A DNA stretch of 61,901 bases, counting the filler, from Globobulimina sp. (taxonomy: Eukaryota): the NCBI GenBank assembly GCA_003354225.1. It is 24 parts of 24 records of this genome, joined end to end, with 100 filler letters (N's around TTAATTAATTAA, not from the genome) between each part and the next. Parts side by side here need not be neighbours in the genome. Positions count along the whole stretch, not along the records: positions 33,596 to 36,078 come from PIVH01006415.1; positions 36,179 to 38,661 come from PIVH01006416.1; positions 38,762 to 41,244 come from PIVH01006417.1; positions 41,345 to 43,827 come from PIVH01006418.1; positions 43,928 to 46,410 come from PIVH01006419.1; positions 46,511 to 48,992 come from PIVH01006420.1; 18 more parts are not named here. One strand, given 5' to 3'. Shown one piece after another: positions 35,822-49,092 of this stretch. A program made the position numbers and the translations under genes. Each line of letters starts with the position of its first letter. Position 1 is the first letter of the stretch. Below the pieces are notes generated by a model that saw nothing but the letters and a program-made list of their open reading frames with translations, did not search any database and had not been told where the DNA came from.

Positions 35822-36678
35822 TAATCCTAATTAAATTATTTTTGTTGTTGTTGTTTCAATTCGCTTGTTTCTTTTTTTTTATTTACCGCGTGTTCAAAGG
35901 ATTTATTTTTTCCTTTCATGCGAATTATATTAAATTGAAACTTTCATTCATATCTACCACGTTTGAAAATGCAGCATGTGTATGCTTTAGAACATGAATA
36001 ATTTGAAACAGGAATACGTTTGAAACTGTATACATTATCCTCGCACACACGGAAGATGGTGATCTTTAGTTCAATATTNNNNNNNNNNNNNNNNNNNNNN
36101 NNNNNNNNNNNNNNNNNNNNNNTTAATTAATTAANNNNNNNNNNNNNNNNNNNNNNNNNNNNNNNNNNNNNNNNNNNNATATAAAAAAGAAGATACCTTA
36201 TGTTTTGACAGATTGTGATCTTAATTGTAGTTTCGTGCTTTTTTCGTTTTTCTTTTTGAGAATGATCATTTAATTTTGTTTGTTAATTTTTTGCTGTGTA
36301 AATTAATTGTGCTCCTTGGATGTAACCGAAATTAAAATGTATTAACAGAGATGATGTCGATTTTAAAGGTAAATAAATATTTAATAATGTCCAAACACTT
36401 CTCATTTCTCAATAGCAATTCCTTGTGATGTGATGTGATATATAGTTGTTTCGATTTGTGCATTTAAATTAATTTAAATAAGTACAATGCGGAGGCCAAT
36501 GTGGTATTTATTGGCAACCATAATTTTTTCCAATATAAAAGCCAGGCGGTGTGTGTGTTGTGTTGCTAACAATTAGCAATTGGGCAGAGGTTGAAATTGA
36601 TTAATTGTTGTTCATTGTTGATATGGCTTTGCGTGATTATTGCATGGTTCATCTTTGATTTTTGGAATTCTTTGGGAA

Positions 36679-37102
36679 ATATGGCACCATCCATAAACCA
36701 AATACACCAATCGTGATTTTTTGTTGTATACAGAGTATAAAGAAGGAGCTGCAAAATATGGATACGGAGCTGCAAAAACTAGATGTTAGGAATCAGTTTT
36801 CATTTCCACTAGGTTTCAGTAAGTACGTCCATGATTTAACGATAACATCAGTTACCGCTTTCACTTTGCGATCAATATGTGCGAAGTTTAGATATGGAAA
36901 TATTATACCCCACGAGTTTATCAATGATATAAAGAAGCAGTATTTATACATGTTCGATTGTATGGCCATGTCATAATAATTTGTATAAATAACATTGTTT
37001 GCAGTGTTGTTTACTTTTAGTAAAGATCCATATTTTGCAGCTCCTTCTTTATACTCGGTATACAACAAAAAATCACGATTTGGTTTATGGACGTTGCCAT
37101 AT
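36679..37102. mobile_element. Foldback/MITE-like element with ~80-bp inverted arms
   Basis: The arm at 36679..36763 (ATATGGCA...CCATAAACCAAAT...AATCGTGATTTTTTGTTGTATACAGAGTATAAAGAAGGAGCTGCAAAATATGGAT) matches the reverse complement of 37026..37102 with one 8-nt indel and few mismatches. The spacer is ~260 nt. Confidence 0.65.
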
Positions 37103-37789
37103 GTTCTGGGGCTTTAAGAATCAATTCGAAATCCGTAATAATACTGCAGTGACGTGTGTGAATTTGATACCTCAAGCAAATAAAAGTTTTATTAATTAAT
37201 TAGACAAACTGTGGCCAGGTTATTCAATGGTTAATTAAACTAAAAACAAAAATTTTACAACGAAACAAAAAAAAAGGGAATAATTAATAAGTATATAACA
37301 TAGTAAAAAGTAATATAAATATAAGACATCATATCATGAAGATACAACACCTTCATTATATAAAAAAAAAAAGGTAAAAAAACAACGCAATGAGCATATA
37401 AATTAGTCATCATTAACTTCAACTGCATAATTTAAAATTTAGTTTGATTTATTTACTAATTATTATCATCATCATTTTGAACTTGCTTTCCTTTTCCTTT
37501 TCCTTTTACCGCCGCCTCCAAATCACCATTCGTAATATCCGGCAAATTGATCAACATTGTTTTTTGTTTGTTTTTTGTAGTTAGTTTGCAAAACCTCTTC
37601 TTTCTCATCTGGTTTTCACATATTTTGATAAACATAACTCAGTATCTCAAACACGACAGGTTCTGTAGCAATCATAACTAATTCATTTATTTCGTATGGA
37701 TTACCAGTTTTTACTCTGCTTTACGTCCAATGATCATATAAATAGGGACTTAATTAATTAAAGTTGTAAAAGATAAAAAATCGCCTTTT

Positions 37790-38070
37790 CAACATTCTGG
37801 AAATATAATACTGATATCGATGAAATGGAATATGACTGTTATTATATGACTGAAAATATTCCCACCAATCAATAATTTTTTATATCTTGTATTTATAACA
37901 GTATTTTCGTGTTGATCTAAAAAGTGCATTGTATGTAAACCTGTGGCACCGCCACCAACTACCACCAAATCAACAGTGTTTGCACCATATTTTACATATA
38001 TGATTTTTGCAATTTTCTATTAATAATGCTGTTATATTATTCGATTTGGATTGATCTACTTCAGACAAAT
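37790..38070 (-). pseudogene. Degenerate FAD-dependent oxidoreductase fragment
   Basis: The minus frame reads VKYGANTVDLVVVGGGATGLHTMHFL, a dinucleotide-binding GxGxxG motif. The frame stops about 40 codons later and the downstream sequence is disrupted. Confidence 0.4.
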
Positions 38071-38193
38071 AAATAATAACAAAAAACAAAAAAAAATAAC
38101 AAAAAAGTAGCGTAGCATCGTAGCCAGTTTTAGAGAAATCAATCCTGTAATCTTTTAAAAAACTCGTAGTACAATAGACGCGACAAGAACATA

Positions 38194-38661
38194 ATGGGTT
38201 GTGTTAATGAGACATTCCCTGCAAATGATGAAACAACGAATGACACAAATTATGACAAAGATAAAACAGTTGCCGCGGACAGAGAAGACCATATCGGTTG
38301 TGGTCACTCAAAAGTCATTGATACCACACATAGTCCACAAAATAAAACCCGTACCGTTGACTCAAAGCCAATTCATGATACAACGCCAAATGATGAATCA
38401 CAAAATGAGACAAATGAGAACATTACCGTTGACAGACAAGATCATATTGGTTGTGTTGACTCGAAAGCAATCGATGAAATTGATTTAAATCTATTCAAAC
38501 AAACCGAGATGAATTGCAATCATACAAATGATACAACAACGAATATTATCGATAACTGTCAACATTTACAACGCTTAGCCTTTGCGTTAAAATATTATAA
38601 TAATAATAAGGGGAATAAGTCGGTGAAAGAATGGCGTAATTTTTGTTTGACTGTGTATGGT
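38194..38661 (+). CDS. Hypothetical protein, 3' truncated, internal repeat
   Basis: DR.DHIGC..SK.ID occurs twice, followed by the helical motif NCQHLQRLAFALKYY. Confidence 0.5.
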
Positions 38662-39051
38662 NNNNNNNNNNNNNNNNNNNNNNNNNNNNNNNNNNNNNNN
38701 NNNNNTTAATTAATTAANNNNNNNNNNNNNNNNNNNNNNNNNNNNNNNNNNNNNNNNNNNNTTTTGTCTTCATTATAGGTCAGTTCACTGCCCAACCACC
38801 GTATACATGAGGGTGTTCGTCAGGTCGGACGGTTGGTTGTGTGTTTTTTTCTCCGCAACTTCCCCTCCGTTTTAAACAAGTTATACTTTGTCATTTTCTA
38901 CGTTTTATACCTCAATCTGTTCCTAATTGCTTATGCCATCCTTGGATCACATTATTTCGATTTAATTCGACCTATATTATCGATTACTTCCTGATTATAT
39001 TTTCATTATTTCTGCTCCGATCGCCAGGCTACACAGAGAACTTGACGCGAA

Positions 39052-41244
39052 ATGTCTACTCTGAATCAGGATGATGAAGTCTACAGTATTCCTTCTCCGC
39101 CGAAAGGAAAATCTTTACTCTTTTCTGCGAACATAAATGGTTTAAGAGGGAAATTCAACGTTGTCTCTGGTACTATTTTAACTTATAAACCTTCCATATT
39201 TGCCCTCCAGGAGACGAAAATTAATTCCGGACACAAAAACTCTGAATTTATTATCGATGGATACGAACTTTTTCGTTGTGACCGCGTCAATTCCCGTTGC
39301 GGAGGAGGTGTTGCCTTGTACATTCGATCAGACCTCAAACCCCGCAAAATAGCCCCACGTCATACTCCAACTGGATTGGAACTTGTAGCTGCTGAAATTC
39401 GTTCTGGGAGCAGGTCACTTATTGTTGCCTCCACATATCGTTCACCAAATGGACAAAACAAATCGGATTTTCTTGATTGTCTGTCAGAGTTTATTGTTAA
39501 TATGGGTGATCAGAGAAATCGACTAGTCATACTTGGAGACACTAACATTGATATTTTTCAACCCGATGATGAGTACATTGACTTTTGCCATAATTACGAA
39601 GTTTCACAAATTGTCAACCAACCAACTCATGTTCTACCCAGAAGTTCTACATCCATTGATCACATCCTTGTACCCAGTAGTTGGCCCTCTCCATCATGGG
39701 GAACAGCTGGTTGTATTGAAAATTATCACCGTATGCTATGGATTCATATACCATTCATAGCACCAAAGGCAATTGTTATTTCCCGTTCTGTATGGTTGTA
39801 TAAAAATGCTGATTGGCCTGCCTATCGCCAACAATTGGATGATCAGAAACTTATAGAGAAAATTTCTAATGCCCCCTCAGTGGATGAAGCAGCAGTACAA
39901 CTGACAAATTCTATCCTTACCATAGCTGCTGCAAATATACCCAAAAGAACAGTCAAACTGGACCCATCTAAATCATGGCTTAAGAAACCATTAAAACAGT
40001 TAATTCGTCGCAAAAATACTGCTCAAGTTGCCGCCGACCGCAACCGCAATAATGTGAAATTAACAAGAATTGCCCGACGTCTAAAGAAACGGGTTGAAAA
40101 AGAGGTAAAAATTGCCAAACTTGCCTACCATAAGGACCTATTTCAAAATTGCGAAACACCTAAGGAATTTTGGAATGCTATCAAACGAACAGTAAAAGGT
40201 CCTACTGCCTCTATACCTCCTCTAACTGTTAATGGTAACAATATTCCCATTGTTGATGATATTGGCAAAGCAAATGCCATTGCCGATTATTATGATACAA
40301 AGTGGAATCGTCAAGATGGACCTTCACCACCTCAAACTAGTCCTCCATCTGAACTTGAGCCAGATTGGATGTGTGAACCTGAGTTTGTCTTTGAAGAAAT
40401 AATGAAAATCCCTGACAACAAAGCCCCTGGTTCCGACAACATTACTGTACGGTTACTGAAAGAAGCAGCAACCATCCTCTCTCCTGTCATAGCTGCCCTT
40501 ATTAATCGATGTATCAGTGATGGTCATTTTCCAACTTCATGGAAACATGCTATTGTCATTCCCATACCAAAGGTGGCTGGATCAACGTTACCAAAGGATT
40601 ATCGGCCAATTAGCTTATTATCAATCATATCAAAGATCATGGAAAAACATTTGCTAAGATTACTTCTACCATACTTGGAACAGTCACTATCAGACAGTCA
40701 ATTTGGGTTTCGTAATGGGCGATCAACTGAAGATGCTTTGATTTATTTCGAAAAATTAATATGTGATGGATTTGAAATGTGTAAAGGTAAAACAACTAGA
40801 GTGTGTGCTATATTTTTTGATGTTTCTGCTGCATTTGATACTGTACCTCTAGGACGTTTACTTACATGTTTAGAAAATAGGTATAGTGTTCCATCATATT
40901 TACTATCTATTTTGAAATCCCTATTGTTTGATCGCTCACAATGTGTTAAAGTTGGTAATAAGTTGTCTAGTACTCGTAAAGTGTTAAGTGGTACACCACA
41001 AGGTGGTGTACTGTCTCCAGTACTCTTTGTCGCCTATGTTAACTCTGTGTTACAGTCTCGCCTCTCATCTGATGCTCACTTAGTCGGATTTGCTGACGAT
41101 TTATGTTATGTCTGTCCTCTGTCCAACTGTGCTTCTGAAGACCGAATCAGGACCGACCTGGGGGTCATTTCTGGTGGTTTTGCTGATTTGGGATTAACCC
41201 TTAATATCGGAAAAACACAGCAAATGATTTTCTCGGTTGCTCCT
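39052..41244 (+). mobile_element. Non-LTR retrotransposon (CR1/L2/Jockey-like) ORF2: APE endonuclease + RT, 3' truncated
   Basis: SANINGL, ALQETK, GGGVALYI, YRSP, LGDTN, SIDHIL. RT KAPGSDNI, WKHAIVIPIPK, YRPISLL, QFGFRNGRST, FFDVSAAFD, GTPQGGVLSP, FADDL. Confidence 0.95.
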
Positions 41245-41344
41245 NNNNNNNNNNNNNNNNNNNNNNNNNNNNNNNNNNNNNNNNNNNNTTAATTAATTAA
41301 NNNNNNNNNNNNNNNNNNNNNNNNNNNNNNNNNNNNNNNNNNNN

Positions 41345-43214
41345 CGAAAATTTAATAATGAAACAAGGCTGCAAAATAACATGCAACGGTGGTAATGGAA
41401 TTCAATTTGGTGACGGAGGTTCGGGTGGTTCAATTTTAGTTATTGCCAACCAAGTAAATATTGATAATTATCAACTGGAGAATCTACTGACTGTAAATGG
41501 AGGATTAGGAGACAGTGATGCTAAAAATGGTATTGCCGGGTCTATTAAATATGGTTATTTAGCATATTTTGATGAAGATGATGAGAATAAACACAATTTT
41601 GTGCCGACAAACAAAAATTTACAGAAATGTAATATAAGATATTTAGAGCATTTTTATGAAGATGATGAGCATTTTTATGAAGATGATTTTTATAATTTTG
41701 TACCATATTGTCAAGAATATATCGATGACATACCATTGATTGGAGTGACTGATATTGTGACGCAGTCAAATTATCTCAAATCTAAAATGTTTGCCGCATT
41801 TATTAATAATAAAGACCCAGAGGATATATTTACAAATGAGGGCATCAAACAAATGATAAAAACAAATTTCCATCATATCATTCAAGATAAAGAATTTATG
41901 AAAGAAATTGATTTATTTTCCGCTCAGACAAGTTTGGGTGGAATGAGTGTATTTGAGTTTATTTTTTTTGAATGCAGATATTATCAAATTGCATATGATA
42001 TCGATATCAATAAATATGATATTTTTGAGATGTTGATTGGCAGTGATTTTTTTGTTAAAGAGAATCAAGTTCAAGTTTGGGTGCAAAGTGTGGATCGGTC
42101 ACAGAAAATATTCACCAAATATCCTCCAACAACCTGTGAAATGCGAATACTATATGAATATGGAGCTAATGATGTGATTACGAAACATTTTAAAACAAAA
42201 GAAGGGATACAAATGTTAACGGACACAAATTTAATTTTGCAATATATTGATCAGAGAAAGTTATATGAATTAAACAAACGATTCTCGCCTCAAAATAAAA
42301 AATGGAAAGGATTGGTTATTCATATTTGGATCGAAATTGGATATGATAACACATTCAAATGCAATTTAAAAGACTTTGTATTTGAAATTGGAACAAAATT
42401 TGATTGGAACATAAATCGGAATGTATCATTTACAGCCGATACACTGTACATTTCATCTCTATGTATAACGAATGCGTCACATATTAATTCAATTCAACAT
42501 CAATTTAGAATTGTTTGTGAAGCAAACTTATTTATATTTGGGAATAGTAGTATTTGTATGGATGAATGCGGTGTAAAAGGTGCAATTTATAATAGAGAAA
42601 AAGGAATATTTATTTATGAACTGGATGCTGACGATCATGGTGGTATTTATGCCTCCGGCTTTAAATTTGGTGGAGGTGCTGGCTATACAGAAAAGGGAGA
42701 AAATGGAGTTAGCAAAATGTACTTTGCTGATGGTTATGGCGGTAATAAATATTTAAGTGCTCAAATTATGCAAAGTAAAAAGTCAAAATTTGAAAGATTT
42801 TCAGTCGGATTTGGTGGTGGTTGTGGCAAAAATAAGCAAGGCAGTACAGGCGGTAATGGTGGTGGGAAAATATTTATTTTATGCAATAATTTAAGAATGG
42901 CAGAAGGCTGTAAAATAACATCAAATGGAGGTGATGGTGCTAAATATGGTGGCGGCGGATCTGGCGGTTCAATTTTAATTGTTACAAACCACACAAATAT
43001 TAATGAAACAAATCGAAATGAAACATTAATTGTAAATGGAGGTAAAGGAGATAAAATAAATGATTATGGTGCCGGAGATGGAAGTGATGGATTTGTTCAA
43101 TTTGGTTACATTGATAGATCAACGAATGATATTACATTTAATGACATCTTCTTAGAAGGAAATTCATATAATTATGATTGTATGCATATGTTTGAGTTTA
43201 CTCAGATTATCTGA
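41345..43214 (+). CDS. Glycine-rich repeat protein (GGGSGGSI-type beta-solenoid modules), 5' truncated
   Basis: Two copies of M..GCKIT.NGG.G...G.GGSGGSIL.....L.VNGG.GD, with GGGAGY and GGNGGGKIFI motifs. A 21-nt duplication encodes EHFYEDD twice. Confidence 0.65.
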
Positions 43215-43927
43215 TTAGAGCAAGTTGCGTGTTGTGTTATTGTTTTTGTATTATAGTTTTTGTATTAGAATTTTTTAAGAAATTTTTTAATTTTTAATGT
43301 TAATTATTACAATTTCTGTGAAAACCTTTCAAGAGTAAGTATAATGTATACAATTTCAAAAGAAATTCGAACAGGTCATATTCTAAATTAATCATTATTT
43401 ACCATTAATACCAATTAGGAACGTATGTAAACAATTAAAACTAAAAATAAATAACAAAAATGAAACAATTTACAGTATAATTACATTGTAATATGATCGT
43501 ATTTAGATTAAATTATTTTTGTTGATATACTTTATATATTCCATATCCATTTGCATTGAATTTGGGTAAATTTAATGTTCTCCAGCATGCATTTTGATAT
43601 TTGCAATATTCATTAATATTAATTTCATTGCATACTGTTTCTGCTTTATTTTTACAATTTTTATCATCCAAAATTAATTTTAATTTAATTGGATTTTTTT
43701 TACTTCTTTTTTTTAACACTGTTTTTTTAATTACTATTCCTTTATAAATAAATGGAATTCGCCCTTTATTTCTATAAAAAACATGAGTTCCTTTACATAC
43801 TGTATTGTCATGAATCGTTTTCTTTGCNNNNNNNNNNNNNNNNNNNNNNNNNNNNNNNNNNNNNNNNNNNNTTAATTAATTAANNNNNNNNNNNNNNNNN
43901 NNNNNNNNNNNNNNNNNNNNNNNNNNN

Positions 43928-46281
43928 CAAACAACTTAGGTATACAATTTGCAGAATTAACAGATGTTAATGGTGAGATTCAAAAGGAAGCACAAATATT
44001 ATTATGTCGACCGAATTTGTCGATTGATTTATATTGGCCATCATCAGCCGTACCCGCTTTACATTCATTAATATTAATAGATAATACCTATATTGCCTGC
44101 ATTATGAAACATTTATCCATCACACATCTACGCGCATTAATTATTGCACAAATTAATGAAAATGCAAATTATGACACAAAGTATATAGTAAACAAATTTC
44201 CACTGCTTGATTGGCGACCAATTCATGAGAATACCGGTACGCACATAATCAACGCCGAAACTATAATGAATTCACAGAATATTATTGCGTTAGGATACAG
44301 ATTTAAAATACCATTGCTTACTAACTGTATAATGTCAAGTTGTGGTCAGCAAATAATTTATAATGATGATGAAACTGTCACTTATTGCGATGATTTAAGT
44401 GATGTGAAAATAATGCAAAGTAATGGTTGTAATAAGCAAAGTTATTATAATAATTACAAGAAAAAACAAAAGTTGTTACAAGAGACTGATCATGACACAG
44501 ACACTGAATGTGATGATAATATTATTTTATACAAAGTGTTTCCAACAGGAATAAAGTACATTGATTTATTGAATCCGTGCACCAAACATGGAATAAATAT
44601 AATTATTTCACCCAAAGGGAGTGAGAATAATATTTTCAAACAAATTGGCAGGAATTGGTTGAAAACAGATGCAAATCATATGATTTATGTGGATATATTT
44701 GATGATGATATGGATGCCATCAATATGCGGAATGAAGTCAGCGGAGAGGGCAAATTAACACTGATTGCAGGGAATAAAAGAGATTGTGATTGGTTTAAGT
44801 TGCAAACCGCAATAACTGCGGCAACATTAAGTAAAAACGACGAGAATGCATGCAATACACTGGTAATATATCCACATTGTAATATTTTAAATAAATCGAT
44901 AAATAATTTACAAAGAGATGTTTGTGGCGGTTTAAGCAAATTGAAATTTGAGAATGATGATGAAATAGGACATAAAGCATATGATTGGATTAAGCGAAGG
45001 AATAAAAGAAATAAACCGCAATCCACCACTGAATTTTATTTAAATTATGGAATTGAACCAGTTTTAAATGGTTCAACATATATCATTGGATTAGAAATGA
45101 ATTACGAAGAAATAAGAGATATTCGAATAAATCCAAATGCATATTTTCCATTCAGTGATACAGTAATAATCTGTGATGAAAATAATGACATTGATATTGC
45201 ACATTCTTCATCAAATATTTTATCTGAAATAAAATATACGGATTTGTCCATGGAAAATGTCAAAGTGTTGAATGGTTTGCGGAGATTATATTGTGATTCT
45301 CAGTTATTATCAAAAATAGATAATAATGATAATAATGAATGTGTTTTATTATGGAATAAGATATTTAATGATGATGAAAATGAGAATGATAAATATGAAA
45401 ATACATTGACATCAATGTATAAAATGTTAATGGATAAATATGATAATAATGGTGACTTATTATTGGATGTTAATTGTTTACAGAATGAAACGGCAAACGA
45501 TACATTGGATAATAGTATTAATAATCCACTTATATCCATATTAGAGAGAAATGATAATGAGGCTGGTAATGGTAATGATGATTTATTAGAAAAATTAAAC
45601 AAATTGTATGCGCAAAATATGTCAAAGAATATCGATGAGGATAATAACCCACAAATATTTATACGGTCTAAGTTTGACCATGGCGGATTTTTAAAGTCCA
45701 CAAGAATGAATATTTCGATTGAGTTATTTACTGATATTAGATATAAATATGGCATCGGCATTGGCCAACATTGTGCATTATTTATTAATGGTAAAGCTGT
45801 TAAATTACCGCAGAAATATGGTTATCAAAAGAAGAAGAAAAAAGAAAATGAGGATGGAGATGGAGAGGAAGAGGAAAGTGATCATGACATTGATCATGAA
45901 ATACTAAATGTATTTGAACAGTTATCAGCAAAATTTGATGGAGAGGAGGAATTTGGAGTAAATATTGTCAGATATGAGAAAGGTAAAATTGGTCAAAGAT
46001 ATGATTTTTTTGTTATTGCTGGTGAATTGACACAAGATATTTATGAAATTTGTATATTTATTTTTGGATATAATGGAGAAACAAAACAACCGTTTATGAT
46101 CCACAAACGTGTTGGTCCGGATGCATTGCCAGTTGCTGCAAAAAATAAAAAAAGAAAGAAAAAAACAGGAGTGTTGCAGTTAAATGGTGCGTTTGGTGAT
46201 GAACATGATCTCAATGAATCTCATGAAAACATCATCAATATAATGGAGAGAAAAGAATTTGTTTTTACAGATAACAATTAA
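43928..46281 (+). CDS. Highly diverged, predicted inactive F1-ATPase beta-subunit paralogue with C-terminal extension, 5' truncated
   Basis: Colinear remnants of ATP synthase beta: IDLYWP..VPALH, KHLSITHLRALI, FKIPL..IMSSCGQQI, FPTGIKYIDLLNPCTKHG, KLTLIAGN....KLQTAITAATL, NTLVIYPH, GSTYII, PNAYFPFSDTVII, DIAHSSSNIL. The P-loop is replaced by SPKGSENN. Confidence 0.7.
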
Positions 46282-46510
46282 ACTAACTTCACTTGTTTGT
46301 AGTAAAATTCCTAGATATTACGGATTTCGAATTGATTTACCCTTTTTTTTTTGATCAAAAGTTGTAAAAGGAAAAATATGATGAAATGTTAAAATGTAAG
46401 GAAATCATTANNNNNNNNNNNNNNNNNNNNNNNNNNNNNNNNNNNNNNNNNNNNTTAATTAATTAANNNNNNNNNNNNNNNNNNNNNNNNNNNNNNNNNN
46501 NNNNNNNNNN

Positions 46511-47282
46511 TTCGCGGCAAAAATCGCATCGTTCGCTTTATCATTTTTCGTAATATGTTGTTAAATAAAATGAAGGAAGTGACCACAGAGTTAGGGTTAT
46601 CAGGATTTGATTATGTGATGATGATAGATTTGGATATCAAAGAATTTGACATTAAGTCGTTATTTAGCGATTTAAACGACAGTCCGTACTCAATATTGTG
46701 CAGTAATGGCTTATTTAAATTAGAAATAATGAGAGACACATTCGCGTCAATAATGACTAATGGTACATGGCTATATACCTATCATTCATTATACGACCAT
46801 CATTTCAAAGATTTATTGAATTGGCCCTATTATCGGTATGAAGCAATGAATTCGTGCTTCGGAGGACTTGCAGTTAATGTTATATTAAACCCGTACCTTT
46901 TAATTATAATTTGACAATATGCATAATACAGATTTATAAGGACAGTGAGAAATTGTTAGGTTCTCAATGCAAATATATTATTTTGGAAGATATTAAATCT
47001 GAGTGGGAATACGCACAGCATTATAAAAACACGACTGGCAAAGAGAGGGCTTGGCCAATGGATAGAGACTGGTTCTTAACTGATAAATATAGGGAGCCAT
47101 TGCTCGAACTAGTCACTATGTTTTATACTGCAAACCTCAAAGTTGGTAAAGAACGACGCAAAATATGTGAACATTTGGCGTATCATTACTGTCTAAGGGC
47201 CCATGGATATACGTTAGCCATATCACGTGATACTATTGTTTATTATTTTGACTTTGCTCGAATGGCAAGCAATCCACTCTAA
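46511..47282 (+). CDS. GT-A glycosyltransferase-like protein (CAP59/GT69-like), 5' truncated, one intron
   Basis: FRNMLL...DYVMMIDLDI (DxD), RDTFA, NSCFGGLA-intron-IYK, ICEHLAYH. Confidence 0.65.
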
Positions 47283-47760
47283 ATAATCCATGCACAATTT
47301 CTAGAATTATTGACCATCCATGCATTCATTTTTCTCATTTATTTAAACATAATATTCTCAATGTCGTGCTTATTTTTGTTTGTTGTTTTTAGTTTTCAAA
47401 ACAAAAGATCCAAAATTATAACCAAATCATCATCGTTGCCCGATTTGTAATTAACAAGGAAGTAAAAACGACTGATTCTGTTATACGCAAACAGGATAAC
47501 AGAATGGAGTTCGTTTTGGTGATGGTGTAACTTTACCATGAAACACTTGTAAAAAAAAACCTTCTTCAGTGAAAACTATCTCTCTAGCTATGGTTGTTGT
47601 CATTTTCTTTTATGCTTTTTTTACAAAAAATTAATAGAATATAATAGAATCCATTTATATGATTGATATGGATCAACTCAAAATACATAAATATCACATT
47701 AGCTTTGTTAGCTAGTATTTCATAATCACATTAAACCTAATTCTAAGTTATCATTAGATT

Positions 47761-48992
47761 ATGATGTTATTTTTAGCAGAATACTGCAGAAATAACAATT
47801 ACTTAAATTCTATTTCCTCCGATCCGTTACACAGAATGTCATGGAAAGTCGTACGATATAAAGATAATGGATATAATGATCAGACAATTACATTGAATCA
47901 AAAAGCATTAAAAGATGAAAAGGGTATTTTAGTGCTTTTAAAAGATATTCAACATATAGTTGTTGGAAAGAGTACAAACGCGTTATTACAAAGCAAACGT
48001 GCTCAAAAAATAGCCAATAAACATTTCTTTTCTATTATTAATACAAAGGGACAGCATTTTGATTTTGAACCAACAAAAAAAGCGTACACTTATGATATTA
48101 TTACCAAAATATTAAAGTATCTCAAATATGATAAGTTAGAATCAGCAACACAGTCATTAATGAAAATGAAGCGCAATGATTCTATGAAAATTCAGATTAT
48201 AGAACAAAAACAAAATGAATGGAATGTTGTTAGGTATAAAGGGAATGGATGTAAACATAAAAAAATAACATTAAACTCAGAGGCATTGGTTGAAGTTGAT
48301 AGCGATAAATTAATTGCAGAATTAAAAGATATTCAAAAGCTTTACATTGGAAAACTTACGAAAACATTACTAAATAATAAATCTGCTCAATTTAAACAAC
48401 ACAACGACTTTATTTCAATTATTTTAGCAAATGATCGGGCGGTTGATTTTGAAATATTTGACCCAAATGACAAAACACAAATTATTTTTCAAATCATTCA
48501 GCATTTGAATAAAATTGGCAAAAATCCTAAAAATGGAGTTTCCAACACAATGGATGATATTATGGGGTTACAGGCGAATAATGTTAAAGATAAATCGTTG
48601 GAAATTGAATTCAATCCAATTACAGACACAGCACTGGATAATAAAATGGACGAAATGTCAGATTCAGATAATACACCGAGTGAACTGATGGTAACAATGC
48701 AAACTGAGTTTGTGCAAAGTACGCCAAATAAACCCATACCAATGCAGCGCACTGCGGGAGATATTGAGAGAGTGCAATCACAGCAGCAAACAATTGGGAT
48801 CAATATGGATGAAGACATTCAGTCATTATTACACAAAGTGGATTCATTACAAAAAGAGAAGGACTGTTTGCAAAACAAGCATGATAAAAACATTCAAGAA
48901 ACAAAAATATTGAATGAAAAAATCATAGCGATTTCGCAGAAAATGAAACAAATTCAACACGAAAATGAAGCATTGCGACTGAAACATTCAAA
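47761..48992 (+). CDS. Protein with two PH-like repeats and a coiled coil, 3' truncated
   Basis: Duplicated module W.VVRYK.NG....ITLN..AL......LKDIQ....GK.T..LL......F.SII......DFE, followed by heptad repeats. Confidence 0.55.
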
Positions 48993-49092
48993 NNNNNNNN
49001 NNNNNNNNNNNNNNNNNNNNNNNNNNNNNNNNNNNNTTAATTAATTAANNNNNNNNNNNNNNNNNNNNNNNNNNNNNNNNNNNNNNNNNNNN

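Noticed and set aside
37750-37761. TTAATTAATTAA inside a contig, identical to the linker
   Set aside because: It has no flanking Ns, and such a word is expected by chance in very AT-rich DNA.
38790-38842. GC-richer hairpin CAACCACCGT...ACGGTTGGTTG upstream of LINE ORF2 as an HDV-like ribozyme
   Set aside because: I could not build the nested double pseudoknot (P1.1, P3/L3, catalytic C). Only a simple stem is supported.
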